Shown here in pieces: positions 22,081-32,330 of a stretch of 64,000 nucleotides of DNA (the first letter of the stretch is position 1; each line of letters starts with the position of its first letter). A program made the position numbers and the translations under genes. Below the pieces are notes generated by a model, which was not told where the DNA came from, made no database searches, and worked only from the letters and a program-made list of their open reading frames with translations. Source of the DNA: Methanomethylovorans hollandica DSM 15978 (GTDB lineage: Archaea; Halobacteriota; Methanosarcinia; Methanosarcinales; Methanosarcinaceae); the NCBI RefSeq assembly GCF_000328665.1, contig NC_019977.1, positions 1,914,011 to 1,978,010 on the forward strand, in the 5' to 3' direction.

Positions 22081-23053
22081 TAACATGCTTAAGATGAAGA
22101 TCCTTAAACCCGTAGACAGCCTTTGTGATTATACATTCAATTTCTGCTGGAACGACAGCAAACTGCAGCCCGAGGATGTGATACCGTTCCAGGAAGGGAC
22201 ATCCATCACATATAGGGATCTTGTGGCTGCACTGAAAGCAGGTAAAGACTTGTATATAGATGGAAATGTAGGTAAAAGGCTCGCTTACAGTATGGGTACT
22301 GATCTAAAACATCTTGGGGGCACGGGAAAGATAGAAACGGCAGGAAACATATTCATTGAAGGCGATGTAGAGCCTGAAGCCGGAATGGGGATGGTATCCG
22401 GCAGCCTCTATGTTAGAGGCGACATCGCAGAACCCTGGGGAAACATATTGGAAGTAACTTCCGATGTCACAGGCTACAGGAAATTCCGTTCCATAACCGA
22501 TATACTCTCTAATGGTCCTGGCCAGGATACACTAAAGAAAAATTCACTGACTGAAAATACCCTGATATTGAATGATGGCATCCTGAGAGGAACCATAGGG
22601 GCAAGATGTAACTGGGAGGGAACCATCATCGTAGAAGGAAATGTCTATAACGGTACTGGCGTGCTGATGCAAAAGGGGACTGTAATTGTCAAAGGAGATG
22701 CAGGAATGAACACAGGTTCGCATCTTGATGGCGGGACCGTTGTTGTTCATGGCAGTGTTGGCGAATTCTCAGGTGCCTATATGAAAGATGGTAGACTGGC
22801 CTTTATAAATGCAAAGGGTTATGTGGGTGCAGGCATGACAAGAGGAGCCGTATATTCAAAGAAAAAAGCCAGTACAAGTCCTCCGGCAGCCAAGGCAAAG
22901 CTTGAAAAAGATGACATAGAATTTATCCGCAAGATCATGGAAACCGGCCGTGTTGAATCCATGCTCTACAACAAATACGAAGCTGAAAAAGAAAAAGAAA
23001 AGTTTGTAAAAGTGCATATGAGAGACGGATCCATAGTTATGAGGAAGATCTGA
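22073..23053 (+). CDS. GXGXG beta-helix protein (FwdC/FmdC/GltB-like)
   Basis: Repeated GxxM.xG.(I/V)x(V/I)xGxxG units; overlaps the ferredoxin stop. Confidence 0.8.
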   Translation: MDDNMLKMKILKPVDSLCDYTFNFCWNDSKLQPEDVIPFQEGTSITYRDLVAALKAGKDLYIDGNVGKRLAYSMGTDLKHLGGTGKIETAGNIFIEGDVEPEAGMGMVSGSLYVRGDIAEPWGNILEVTSDVTGYRKFRSITDILSNGPGQDTLKKNSLTENTLILNDGILRGTIGARCNWEGTIIVEGNVYNGTGVLMQKGTVIVKGDAGMNTGSHLDGGTVVVHGSVGEFSGAYMKDGRLAFINAKGYVGAGMTRGAVYSKKKASTSPPAAKAKLEKDDIEFIRKIMETGRVESMLYNKYEAEKEKEKFVKVHMRDGSIVMRKI

Positions 23054-23060
23054 CCACGTA

Positions 23061-23483
23061 TCATGCTTTAGGGAAGGTTGCCCAGAAAACACTTCCTTTA
23101 CTTTTGGGATTTTCAGTTACATCCACCTGCCCGCCATGAAGTTCCACTATTTTTTTGGCTATTGCAAGACCCAGACCTGATCCTTTTATTGCACCTTTCT
23201 CTACCCTCCCGAAAAGTTCGAAGATGGCTTCCTTGAGCAAGTTATTGTAGTTATGCACATATGTGCTATAAAATGCCAAAAGAACTACTATAACAAAAAG
23301 GTGAACTATCCACAACCAATATAGGTGCATGGTCCGCAAAAGAGAGATGTGAGCAGGTGCTTCAGCAGGTCCTAAAGAAGACATAGTTAAAATCGGGTCG
23401 TAACCTTGCATCTGATCACATATCTCGTTTCCTGCAACTAAATGCAGAAAAGCCAGTGAAAATATCAAAAAAACGAATACCAT
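23061..23483 (-). pseudogene. Truncated sensor histidine kinase remnant (TM segments fused to the HATPase_c tail)
   Basis: C-terminus has F and G2 boxes (IFELFGR, GSGLGLAIAKKIVELHGG, GSVF) but no H, N or G1 box. Confidence 0.6.
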
Positions 23484-23673
23484 CCGAAGTATACTTCTTT
23501 TTTTCAATATTTGCCCTCTGGAATGAGGAGGGAATAATATATACAACTGAGATATATACTTTCGTTGAAATGAAATTGCTGCCGGTCAAATGATAGTAAC
23601 AAAAACATAAATAACTATTAAGAACAAAGAGAAACAGAAAAAGAATAACCTATGGAGCAGGAGGTTATAAACT

Positions 23674-24147
23674 ATGGAAAAAGCTACTTTTGCAGCAGGT
23701 TGTTTTTGGGGAGTAGAGGCAAACTTCAGAAAGGTAAACGGAGTAACAGCAACGGCTGTCGGCTACACTGGTGGCCATGTTCAAGATCCGACATATAAAG
23801 ACGTATGTACCGGAAAGACCGGCCACGCTGAAGCAGTTGACATTCTTTTTGATCCTGAAGTAGTAAGTTATGCACAGTTACTTGAAGTGTTCTGGAAGAT
23901 CCACGATCCAACCACACTAAACCGTCAGGGACCGGATGTTGGCACCCAATACAGATCAGCTATCTTTTACCACAACGAAGAACAAAGATCCATAGCCATT
24001 GGATCAAAGGAAGCAGCACAAAAAACAGGCAAGTTCAAAATGCCTATAGCCACTGAAATTGTGCCTGCATCAACATTCTACAGGGCAGAGGAATATCATC
24101 AGCAATACTTTGAGAAGGGAGGCATAGGGGGATGTATGATCCACTAG
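23674..24147 (+). CDS. msrA: Peptide methionine sulfoxide reductase A
   Basis: [31 protein letters not shown]. Confidence 0.97.
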   Translation: MEKATFAAGCFWGVEANFRKVNGVTATAVGYTGGHVQDPTYKDVCTGKTGHAEAVDILFDPEVVSYAQLLEVFWKIHDPTTLNRQGPDVGTQYRSAIFYHNEEQRSIAIGSKEAAQKTGKFKMPIATEIVPASTFYRAEEYHQQYFEKGGIGGCMIH

Positions 24148-24149
24148 GA

Positions 24150-25589
24150 TCATTCCAGCTGGATAAATTTAAGCAGGTTCGTACCTCCCTTTTTCCCATG
24201 ACCGACAGTTTGTCCCTGAGTCATGATCACCAGTTTCCCGGGAGCATAAATACCATATTGCTTGAGCTTTTCAAAAGCCGTATCTTCCCAATCAGTTACC
24301 TTCCCTTCTACGAATATGGGATGAACCCCGTACTGGAAGGCCAGTCTGTTGCAAGTATTAGGATACCTGCTGAAACCTATTATCCATGTATCTGGCCTGA
24401 AACGGGAGATGCGTCTGCAGGTTTCCCCCGATGCAGTGGGAATAAGTACATATTTAATAGGTAATTGTTGTAAAGCCTCGTTTATCTGCAGGGCGATGAT
24501 ATCATCGATCTGTAACTGCATTTTGCTCATGGCCTTCTTCATGAGATAGATACCCGTTTTGGATGTGCTGCGCCACTTTTCTGTCTGCCTCGCTATCTTG
24601 GTCATTATTTCCACAGTGTTCAAAGGATATTTGCCTACGGCAGTCTCAGCTGACAACATCACAGCATCTGTTCCGTCTATAATAGCATTGGCAACATCCG
24701 TTGCCTCAGCGCGGGTCGGACGTATGTTAGAGGTCATGGATTCCAGCATCTGCGTAGCAGTTATCACTGGGATGCTGAGAAGGTTTGCCTTGTGAATGAT
24801 CTTCTTCTGAACTACAGGAACATCCTCTATAGGGATCTCTACACCCAAATCACCTCTGGCAATCATAATTGCATCTGCTTCAAGGAGAATACCATTGATG
24901 TTCTCGACAGCCTTCTCCCTTTCAATCTTTGCTACCAGAAAAACCTGCTTGTCTTTGGAGGCAGCATATTCCCTCACCTTTCTTATATCGTCCGCAGATT
25001 CTATGAACGATATACTGAAACAGTCAAGCCCTTCATCCAGGGCAAAATCGATCATTTGCAGATCTTTTTCAGTTACAGGTTCCAGGAATACGTTAGAACC
25101 CGGGAGATTAACACCTTTATGGGATGTCAGCTCTCCGCCCACAATAACTTTACATTTCACATTATTTCCGGATACTTCAAAACATTCCAGTTGCAGGAAA
25201 CCATCATTTATATAGATCAGGCTACCCGGGGAAATGCTTTCCGTGAGTTTTGGATAGTCAATCGGTATGAAAGATTCGTCATAAGCTTCTTTCGATGTCG
25301 TGAGCACAACTGTTTCCCCCTGCTGGAGAAGAAGGGGTTCCTTTGCAAGTTTCCCAACCCTTATCTTAGGACCTGGCAGGTCCACAAGGATGGCAACTAT
25401 TTTATCCATTTCACTGGTAATTTTCCGTATCCTGTGAATGATTTCCCTGTGATGGCAAAGCTCACCATGTGAAAAATTCAGGCGAGCTACATTCATACCT
25501 CTAAGTATGAGAGCTCTGAGAACTTCTTCCGAAGAAGAAGATGGTCCTATAGTACATACTATCTTAGTCTTATGATCAGCAAGCATCAT
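24150..25589 (-). CDS. pyk: Pyruvate kinase
   Basis: KTKIVCTIGP, RLNFSHG, AKIE, MIARGDLGVE, ATQMLESM, PTRAE. Confidence 0.98.
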   Translation of the reverse strand: MMLADHKTKIVCTIGPSSSSEEVLRALILRGMNVARLNFSHGELCHHREIIHRIRKITSEMDKIVAILVDLPGPKIRVGKLAKEPLLLQQGETVVLTTSKEAYDESFIPIDYPKLTESISPGSLIYINDGFLQLECFEVSGNNVKCKVIVGGELTSHKGVNLPGSNVFLEPVTEKDLQMIDFALDEGLDCFSISFIESADDIRKVREYAASKDKQVFLVAKIEREKAVENINGILLEADAIMIARGDLGVEIPIEDVPVVQKKIIHKANLLSIPVITATQMLESMTSNIRPTRAEATDVANAIIDGTDAVMLSAETAVGKYPLNTVEIMTKIARQTEKWRSTSKTGIYLMKKAMSKMQLQIDDIIALQINEALQQLPIKYVLIPTASGETCRRISRFRPDTWIIGFSRYPNTCNRLAFQYGVHPIFVEGKVTDWEDTAFEKLKQYGIYAPGKLVIMTQGQTVGHGKKGGTNLLKFIQLE

Positions 25590-25769
25590 GGATACACACC
25601 AATTATTTGTTAACCATTGTCATTGATGCTTTTTATCATTACCGCATACTGTTTCTAATGCGGTACTTCTGTTCAGCGTATATTTTTAACAGTACTTGAA
25701 TTCATTTAAATACTGCTGCCATGTAATATCAGTACTGTAGATATTCATCACATCACACGGGGTAAAAAT

Positions 25770-28700
25770 ATGGTAAAAGCAGTATACGAACTGAACGAAT
25801 TACAGAAAAAAGAGCTTGCCTCCATTTTTGGGGAAGGGGTCAATTTCAAAAGAAAAGAGAGGCACTTTTACACACATGATGTTGGATCTTTGCCGCCTGT
25901 GGTAAAGACATTCCTGGGAAATACACAACCTGCGGCCATAGTCAAGATCAGGGACGAGGAACAGGCTGTAAAACTCATGGAATTTGCCCTCAAATATGAA
26001 ATAGCTATTGTGCCGCGTGCAGGTGCATCCTCAGGCTACGGCGGTGTAATACCCACTAATGGAGGCATCATTGCAGATGTCACTCCCATGCGCAAGATCA
26101 TAAGCATCGATAAAGAGAACATGAAGGTAACAGTGGGTGCAGGCATAGTATGGGAAAAACTGGAATCCAAGCTGAATAAGCAGGGACTTGCAGCACAAGC
26201 TGTACCTTCCAGCGCAATGTCGGCCACAGTGGGAGGATGGCTTGCGCAGAACGGCCTGGGATACGGCAGCTATGAGTATGGCTGGTCACAGGATACCATG
26301 GAAAGCGCCAGGGTAGTGCTTCCCAATGGGGAAATAAAAGACTTCCAAGGCGACGAGCTGCAGAAGATCGTGGGCACCATGGGTACCATAGGCATCATCA
26401 CACAGGTCACTCTAAAAGTAAGAGAATTTGAGAAGACAGCAGCTATATCTGCAAAGTTCCCGGATGCAGCTAGCATGCAGAAAGCTATCACACTTATCAG
26501 AGAGCGTAATGTACCTCTGTGGTCGGTATCGTTCATCAACCCAGAATGGGCACAGATGAAGAACAGGGCACCTCCAAAAACACATTACGGAGAACCGGTG
26601 GAAGAACACAGGCCAGAACTGCCTAATGCCTACATCTGTAACTTCGCCTATCCTGGATCCAGGGACGTTAATGCTCTCAAAGATATAATTATGGAGGCAG
26701 GTGGAGAAATATTGCCTGATGAGATAGCTAAGCATGAGACAGAAGAATGGTTCAGGTCCATGAAGGTCAAAAGACTGGGTCCGTCGTTCATTCCCGCAGA
26801 AGTGATAGTGCCTGTGTCCAGCATTGGAAAGGTTTTTGACGAAATCAATAAAAAGATAGGTATTACAGTGCTTGTGGAAGGTATGGTTGCCAAGGGGGAC
26901 GAGGCTGTACTGCTGTGTTTCATGCCGCACTCAGAACTTTCCTTTAAGTTCAACATGGCATTTCCACTCGCTATCAGTATAGTGAAGATCGCAGAAGCAA
27001 ACGGAGGACGCATCTACACATCTGGGCTGTACTTTGCAAAAAATGCTGACAAAGTTTTTGGAGATAAACTGACCAAGATCCAGGAACTTAAAAAGCAGGT
27101 TGATCCAAAGGACATAATGAACCCTGAAACACTAACCGGAAAATCCCTGATGAAAACAGGGCTTTCCATGGCAAAGAGCTTTGAGCCCCTGGCCCGTTTC
27201 GTAGGCAACCGGTCAGGAGTCGGTACACATGAGTTCACTGACCAGAAAGGCATACCTGGCGAGGTGTTATCACATGCCTACACCTGTGCCCAGTGTGGTT
27301 ATTGTGTGCCAGAGTGTGACCAGTATTACGGAAGGGGCTGGGAATCTCAGTCCCCTAGAGGAAAGTGGTTCTTCCTGAAAGAATATATCGCAGGCAGGGT
27401 GGAGCTGGATCAGGAGCAGGTGGATACCTTCCTGGCCTGTACCACTTGTGAGATGTGTGACCATAATTGCCAGCTTGACCTGCCTATAGAGCGTTCCTGG
27501 ATGACACTCAGGGAGAACTTTGTCCAGAAGAAGAAGATGATGACCATCCCGCCATTTGAGATCATGGCACAGAGCCTTGAAAAGGAAAGGAATATCTGGG
27601 CCAATTACAGAAAAGATAGGGATGGCTGGCTGCCCAACGATATCCGTGCCAAGATAAAGGATAAGGCAGAGGTAGCCTATTTTGCAGGATGTACGGCATC
27701 CTTTGTGGAAAAAGATGTAGCTATGGGTGCTGTACGCCTTCTTGACGAAGCGGGTATAGAGTTCACATACCTGGGAGACAAGGAAGCATGCTGCGGCATA
27801 CCTATGCTCGTGGCGGGGAAATGGGACGTCTTCGAGAAGATCATGAAGATGAACACAGCGAACATGCAGAAAAAGGGAGTGAAGACCGTTGTCACTTCGT
27901 GTCCTGCCTGTCTGCTGATGTGGAAAACCCTCTACCCTCAGTGGGCTGAGAAGCTGGGTATGCGATATGACATTGAAGCAAAACATTATTCAGAAGTGCT
28001 GGTGGACAAGCTGGATGTGCTAAAGCCGAAGTTCAAGGTCCCGCTGAACAAGGTTGTCGCGTGGCACGATTCATGTCACATAGGCAGGGCTGGCTCGGGT
28101 GTGTATGAACCACCCCGTGAACTGCTCAAGGCTATACCCGGTGTGCAGTTCAGGGAAATGGAGCATAACAGAGAGAAAGCACTCTGCTGTGGTTCTGTGG
28201 TAACACTTATAGATGAACCTAAAGTGGCCAGTAAGATAGGAAACGTGCGTCTGCAGGAGGCTATTGCCCAGGATGCAGACATCATGGCAGCTCTCTGCCC
28301 ATGCTGCATGGTGCAGTTCAGAATAGCTGCAAGGGATAACAATGTGAACCTGGAGATCCAGGACCTCGGTGCACTTGCAGCCCGCAGCCTGGGATATGAT
28401 ATTCCTGATACCACGAATGCTGCCCTTACTGCCTGGGCAACATTCGACAAGATGATAGACCTCATGTTGCCTGAGAACATGACCGAGATGATGGTCGAAC
28501 TGCTGCCTGATATGATAGAAGCGATGCCTTCATACATGCAGGCAATGATGAAGACAGTCAAATATGTACCAGGCATGGATGCGCTCATGAAGCCCATGAT
28601 GCCGATGATGATGCCTTTGCTCATGCCATCCCTTATGCCGAAGGTCATGCCAAAAATGCTGAAGGCAGTGGAAAAAAGGGTGCCAATGCCGGATTACATG

Positions 28701-28817
28701 CTGGAGCAGATGCCTGACCTCATGCCTGCTGCAATGGCAAACCTGATGCCGAACATGCTTCCGCAGATTGCACCGCTGCTGACACCAAAGATGATAGAGT
28801 ACATCAAGACGCACTGA
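25770..28817 (+). CDS. FAD-binding plus Fe-S/CCG-domain oxidoreductase (GlcD-GlcF-like fusion)
   Basis: FAD_binding_4 (PRAGASSGYGG, ATVGG, GTIGIIT, VDPKDIMNP), two CxxCxxCxxxC motifs, two CCG domains, Met/Pro-rich tail. Confidence 0.9.
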   Translation: MVKAVYELNELQKKELASIFGEGVNFKRKERHFYTHDVGSLPPVVKTFLGNTQPAAIVKIRDEEQAVKLMEFALKYEIAIVPRAGASSGYGGVIPTNGGIIADVTPMRKIISIDKENMKVTVGAGIVWEKLESKLNKQGLAAQAVPSSAMSATVGGWLAQNGLGYGSYEYGWSQDTMESARVVLPNGEIKDFQGDELQKIVGTMGTIGIITQVTLKVREFEKTAAISAKFPDAASMQKAITLIRERNVPLWSVSFINPEWAQMKNRAPPKTHYGEPVEEHRPELPNAYICNFAYPGSRDVNALKDIIMEAGGEILPDEIAKHETEEWFRSMKVKRLGPSFIPAEVIVPVSSIGKVFDEINKKIGITVLVEGMVAKGDEAVLLCFMPHSELSFKFNMAFPLAISIVKIAEANGGRIYTSGLYFAKNADKVFGDKLTKIQELKKQVDPKDIMNPETLTGKSLMKTGLSMAKSFEPLARFVGNRSGVGTHEFTDQKGIPGEVLSHAYTCAQCGYCVPECDQYYGRGWESQSPRGKWFFLKEYIAGRVELDQEQVDTFLACTTCEMCDHNCQLDLPIERSWMTLRENFVQKKKMMTIPPFEIMAQSLEKERNIWANYRKDRDGWLPNDIRAKIKDKAEVAYFAGCTASFVEKDVAMGAVRLLDEAGIEFTYLGDKEACCGIPMLVAGKWDVFEKIMKMNTANMQKKGVKTVVTSCPACLLMWKTLYPQWAEKLGMRYDIEAKHYSEVLVDKLDVLKPKFKVPLNKVVAWHDSCHIGRAGSGVYEPPRELLKAIPGVQFREMEHNREKALCCGSVVTLIDEPKVASKIGNVRLQEAIAQDADIMAALCPCCMVQFRIAARDNNVNLEIQDLGALAARSLGYDIPDTTNAALTAWATFDKMIDLMLPENMTEMMVELLPDMIEAMPSYMQAMMKTVKYVPGMDALMKPMMPMMMPLLMPSLMPKVMPKMLKAVEKRVPMPDYMLEQMPDLMPAAMANLMPNMLPQIAPLLTPKMIEYIKTH

Positions 28818-28868
28818 GAAATGTAATTTTGCAAATTGAATTTAAAAATGGGATATGTAGAATGAACT

Positions 28869-28896
28869 TGAACAGGCTTTAATTAAAAAGCTTGTT
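28869..28896 (+). terminator. Hairpin after the oxidoreductase gene
   Basis: GAACAGGCTTT-aatta-AAAAGCTTGTTC followed by T-rich sequence. Confidence 0.5.
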
Positions 28897-28950
28897 CTCT
28901 GTTTTGTAGATCTACTCTCCCACATATTTATAATGTTATATAGCATATAA

Positions 28951-29016
28951 ATATATACATATATATACATATTTACACATACATGTATATATGAACATAC
29001 ACGTAGACACATATAC
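28951..29016. repeat. Alternating purine-pyrimidine (TA/CA) tract
   Basis: ATATATACATATATATACATAT...TACACATACATGTATATATG...ACATACACGTAGACACATATAC. Confidence 0.7.
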
Positions 29017-29180
29017 AATAAATCTTACTCCATCTATATATACAAATACCTAAACATCTGGAAGAGTTACATTTTATGTAATCGGTTAACATTCAGCTCA
29101 AAGTTAAGCAATTAAACGCTAACTTATAAATAGCCTCAACCTAATATTTGAATAATTAGATTTTATAAGGAGTGAAGAAT

Positions 29181-29333
29181 ATGGACCTAATAGGTTTAGC
29201 TGTTCTATTCCTGATACTTGCTGTTGTTGCATATGTATTAGGAGCACGTGGGGTTGCAGGAATGTCGATGCAGGTGGCAAAGTGGCTTGTGATCATCTTT
29301 GTAATACTGGCAATAGTGACTTTCTTACTGTGA
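29181..29333 (+). CDS. Small membrane protein, DUF1328 (UPF0391) family; missed by the ORF track
   Basis: [50 protein letters not shown], 50 aa, two TM helices, AAGGAGTG RBS. Confidence 0.85.
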   Translation: MDLIGLAVLFLILAVVAYVLGARGVAGMSMQVAKWLVIIFVILAIVTFLL

Positions 29334-29438
29334 CAGATACCATAGAAGAGATACCATAAAGAGGAGCATATGTGCAAAATTTCTTTGCTCCACATATTTT
29401 TTTGAGATTAAACACATCATAAAGAGACAAATCAGACC

Positions 29439-32294
29439 ATGTCTTTGAACAATATAATCATTCGAGGAGCTAAAGAGCATAATCTGAAGAACATAGACCT
29501 GATACTGCCAAGGGACAAGCTCATAGTTATTACGGGGCTTAGTGGTTCAGGTAAATCTTCTCTGGCTTTTGATACTATCTATGCCGAGGGGCAGCGCAGG
29601 TATGTCGAATCATTGTCAGCCTACGCCCGCCAATTCCTGGGGCTCATGGAAAAACCCGATGTCGAATATATAGAAGGTTTATCTCCGGCCATCTCTATCG
29701 AGCAGAAGACCACAAGCAAGAACCCCAGGTCCACGGTGGGTACTGTTACCGAGATATATGATTACCTGAGGCTTCTGTACGCTCGGATAGGCATTCGCCA
29801 CTGCCCCGATTGTGGAAGAATAATAGAACCCCAGAGCGTGGACCAGATCGTGGACAGTATAATGCACATCAAAGAAGGCTCAAAGGTCCATATAATGGCC
29901 CCTTTGGTAAGAGAGAGAAAAGGAGAATACAAGAAGCTTCTGGCTGATCTGCTGGCAGATGGTTATTCAAGGGTACGTATTGATGGGGAAATACACTCGC
30001 TTGAAGAAGCAAAGGATATTGAGCTTGGCAGATATAACAAACATAATATAGATATCGTTGTTGACAGGCTTGTTATAAAAGAAGGTATCCGGGAAAGACT
30101 TGCCGAAGATGTGGAAACATCACTTGAAAAAAGCGGAGGAAACGTGACAGTGCAGGTACTCGAAGGTGAAGAACTGGTCTTCAGCGAGAAAATGTCGTGC
30201 CCGGAATGTGGAACGGGTTTTGAGGACCTGGAACCTGCAGCATTTTCATTCAACAGCCCTCAGGGGGCCTGCCCGCAATGTCATGGGCTAGGCACATCTA
30301 TAGAATTTGATCCTGATCTTATTGTACCAGACAAAGCTCTGAGCCTGCGTGAGGGCGCAGTGGAACACTGGAGCACTGCCGATGGCTATTATATGCAGTC
30401 TCTGGAATCCTTAGCAAAGCATATAGGATTTTCCATGGATACACCTTACGAACAGTTGTCTGAAAAGGTAAAGCATGTGATAATGTACGGCACGAACGAG
30501 CACATACCCTATCTTCATGTAGGCCGCACCGGAGGTGTATGGCAGCACACTGGCAGGTTCAAGGGAGTTATTGCCAATATATCTAAGATATATGAGAACA
30601 CCGAATCCGAAAACACTAAAGAAAAGATGACAAAGTACATCAGTACCAAACAATGCCTGGTGTGTAATGGGAAAAGACTGAAGCCTGCGAGCCTTGCGGT
30701 AACTATCGATGGTAAAAGTATAATCGATATAACGGATATGTCTGTTGAGGACACTCTGTACTTATTCCAGAATGTGGAAACAAAGCTCAATGAGAGGGAC
30801 TACACAATTGCCCGCCAGGTATTGAAGGAGATAAAGTCAAGACTGGGATTCCTAATGGATGTGGGATTGAACTACCTCACACTGAGCAGGTCATCAGCCA
30901 CATTATCAGGAGGCGAATTCCAGCGTATTCGCCTAGCCACACAGATCGGGTCCAGCCTGATGGGAGTGTTATACATTCTGGACGAGCCCAGCATAGGACT
31001 GCACCAGAGAGATAACCTGAGGCTTATCAGTACACTGAAACAACTGAGGGATATTGGTAACACGGTCCTGGTGGTAGAGCATGATGAAGAAACTATAGAA
31101 AGCGCGGACCATGTAGTGGATATGGGACCTGGAGCCGGCATCCACGGAGGCTATATAGTTGCAGAAGGCACTCCGCAGCAGATAAGGGAAAATAAGGACT
31201 CTCTTACGGGAAAATACATGAGCGGAGAACTTAGCATAAATGTCCCGGAAAAAAGGCGGAAACCTATAGGTAAGATCACTCTCTACGGTGCCAGTGAGAA
31301 CAATCTTAAGGACCTGGATGTGGAATTCCCTCTTGGGGTAATGGTATGTGTCACTGGCGTATCAGGTTCCGGAAAAAGTAGTCTTATAAATGAGACTCTT
31401 AACAAAGTGCTGGCAAAGGAACTCAACAGGGCCAGGGAAAGATCAGGCAGATTCAGATCGATCAGCGGACTGGAACAGGTCGACAAGGTAATAACCATCG
31501 ATCAATCCCCTATTGGCAGAACCCCACGATCCAACCCTGCTACCTATACGAATCTTTTCACACCCATAAGGGAACTGTTCGCACAGACTAAACTTGCAAA
31601 AGCAAGGGGATACCAGGCAGGCAGGTTCAGTTTCAACATACGGGGAGGCAGATGTGAAGCATGTTCCGGTGATGGTACCATCACCATAGAGATGAATTTC
31701 CTGCCCGACGTATACGTACCCTGCGAAGTGTGTCATGGTAAGCGCTACAACCGGGAGACCCTGGAAGTCACCTATAAGGACCGTAACATAGCAGATGTGC
31801 TGGATATGACAGTAGAAGAGGCATTGGAGTTCTTTGAGAACGTTCCGGGTATCCAGCGCAAACTTCAGACCATATATGATGTGGGTTTGGGATATATAAA
31901 AGTAGGGCAGTCGTCCACAACATTATCCGGTGGCGAAGCGCAGCGTGTAAAGCTTGCTACTGAACTTAGCAGACGCTCCACAGGTAAAACTGTGTATATT
32001 CTGGACGAGCCTACAACAGGACTGCATTTCCATGACATTAAGAAGCTGCTGGAAGTCCTGCAGCAACTGGTGGACAACGGGAATACGGTTATAGTCATCG
32101 AACATAACCTGGATGTTATCAAGACCGCAGACTGGATCATCGACCTTGGACCCGAAGGCGGGGAAAAAGGCGGACTAGTGATAGTCCAGGGCACACCCGA
32201 GGAAGTCGCACAAAATGAAGTGTCCTATACGGCTGAATTTCTCAGACGTGTTCTGAACAAAAAGAAATTAGCTAAAGGTCCAGAAATTAATTGA
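29439..32294 (+). CDS. uvrA: Excinuclease ABC subunit A
   Basis: GAKEHNLKN, two Walker A motifs ([18 protein letters not shown]), LSGGE signatures, Zn fingers. Confidence 0.99.
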   Translation: MSLNNIIIRGAKEHNLKNIDLILPRDKLIVITGLSGSGKSSLAFDTIYAEGQRRYVESLSAYARQFLGLMEKPDVEYIEGLSPAISIEQKTTSKNPRSTVGTVTEIYDYLRLLYARIGIRHCPDCGRIIEPQSVDQIVDSIMHIKEGSKVHIMAPLVRERKGEYKKLLADLLADGYSRVRIDGEIHSLEEAKDIELGRYNKHNIDIVVDRLVIKEGIRERLAEDVETSLEKSGGNVTVQVLEGEELVFSEKMSCPECGTGFEDLEPAAFSFNSPQGACPQCHGLGTSIEFDPDLIVPDKALSLREGAVEHWSTADGYYMQSLESLAKHIGFSMDTPYEQLSEKVKHVIMYGTNEHIPYLHVGRTGGVWQHTGRFKGVIANISKIYENTESENTKEKMTKYISTKQCLVCNGKRLKPASLAVTIDGKSIIDITDMSVEDTLYLFQNVETKLNERDYTIARQVLKEIKSRLGFLMDVGLNYLTLSRSSATLSGGEFQRIRLATQIGSSLMGVLYILDEPSIGLHQRDNLRLISTLKQLRDIGNTVLVVEHDEETIESADHVVDMGPGAGIHGGYIVAEGTPQQIRENKDSLTGKYMSGELSINVPEKRRKPIGKITLYGASENNLKDLDVEFPLGVMVCVTGVSGSGKSSLINETLNKVLAKELNRARERSGRFRSISGLEQVDKVITIDQSPIGRTPRSNPATYTNLFTPIRELFAQTKLAKARGYQAGRFSFNIRGGRCEACSGDGTITIEMNFLPDVYVPCEVCHGKRYNRETLEVTYKDRNIADVLDMTVEEALEFFENVPGIQRKLQTIYDVGLGYIKVGQSSTTLSGGEAQRVKLATELSRRSTGKTVYILDEPTTGLHFHDIKKLLEVLQQLVDNGNTVIVIEHNLDVIKTADWIIDLGPEGGEKGGLVIVQGTPEEVAQNEVSYTAEFLRRVLNKKKLAKGPEIN

Positions 32295-32330
32295 GGATTT
32301 GTCAAAGAGAAGAATTTCATCTCTTCTCTT

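Noticed and set aside
24145..24147. Pyrrolysine read-through at TAG stops (msrA, HxlR, DUF6951-like, wHTH, xseA)
   Set aside because: Each protein looks complete at the TAG; the extensions checked are short or run into a neighbouring gene
29156..29395. 79-aa minus-strand ORF
   Set aside because: Antisense shadow of the DUF1328 gene at 29181-29333
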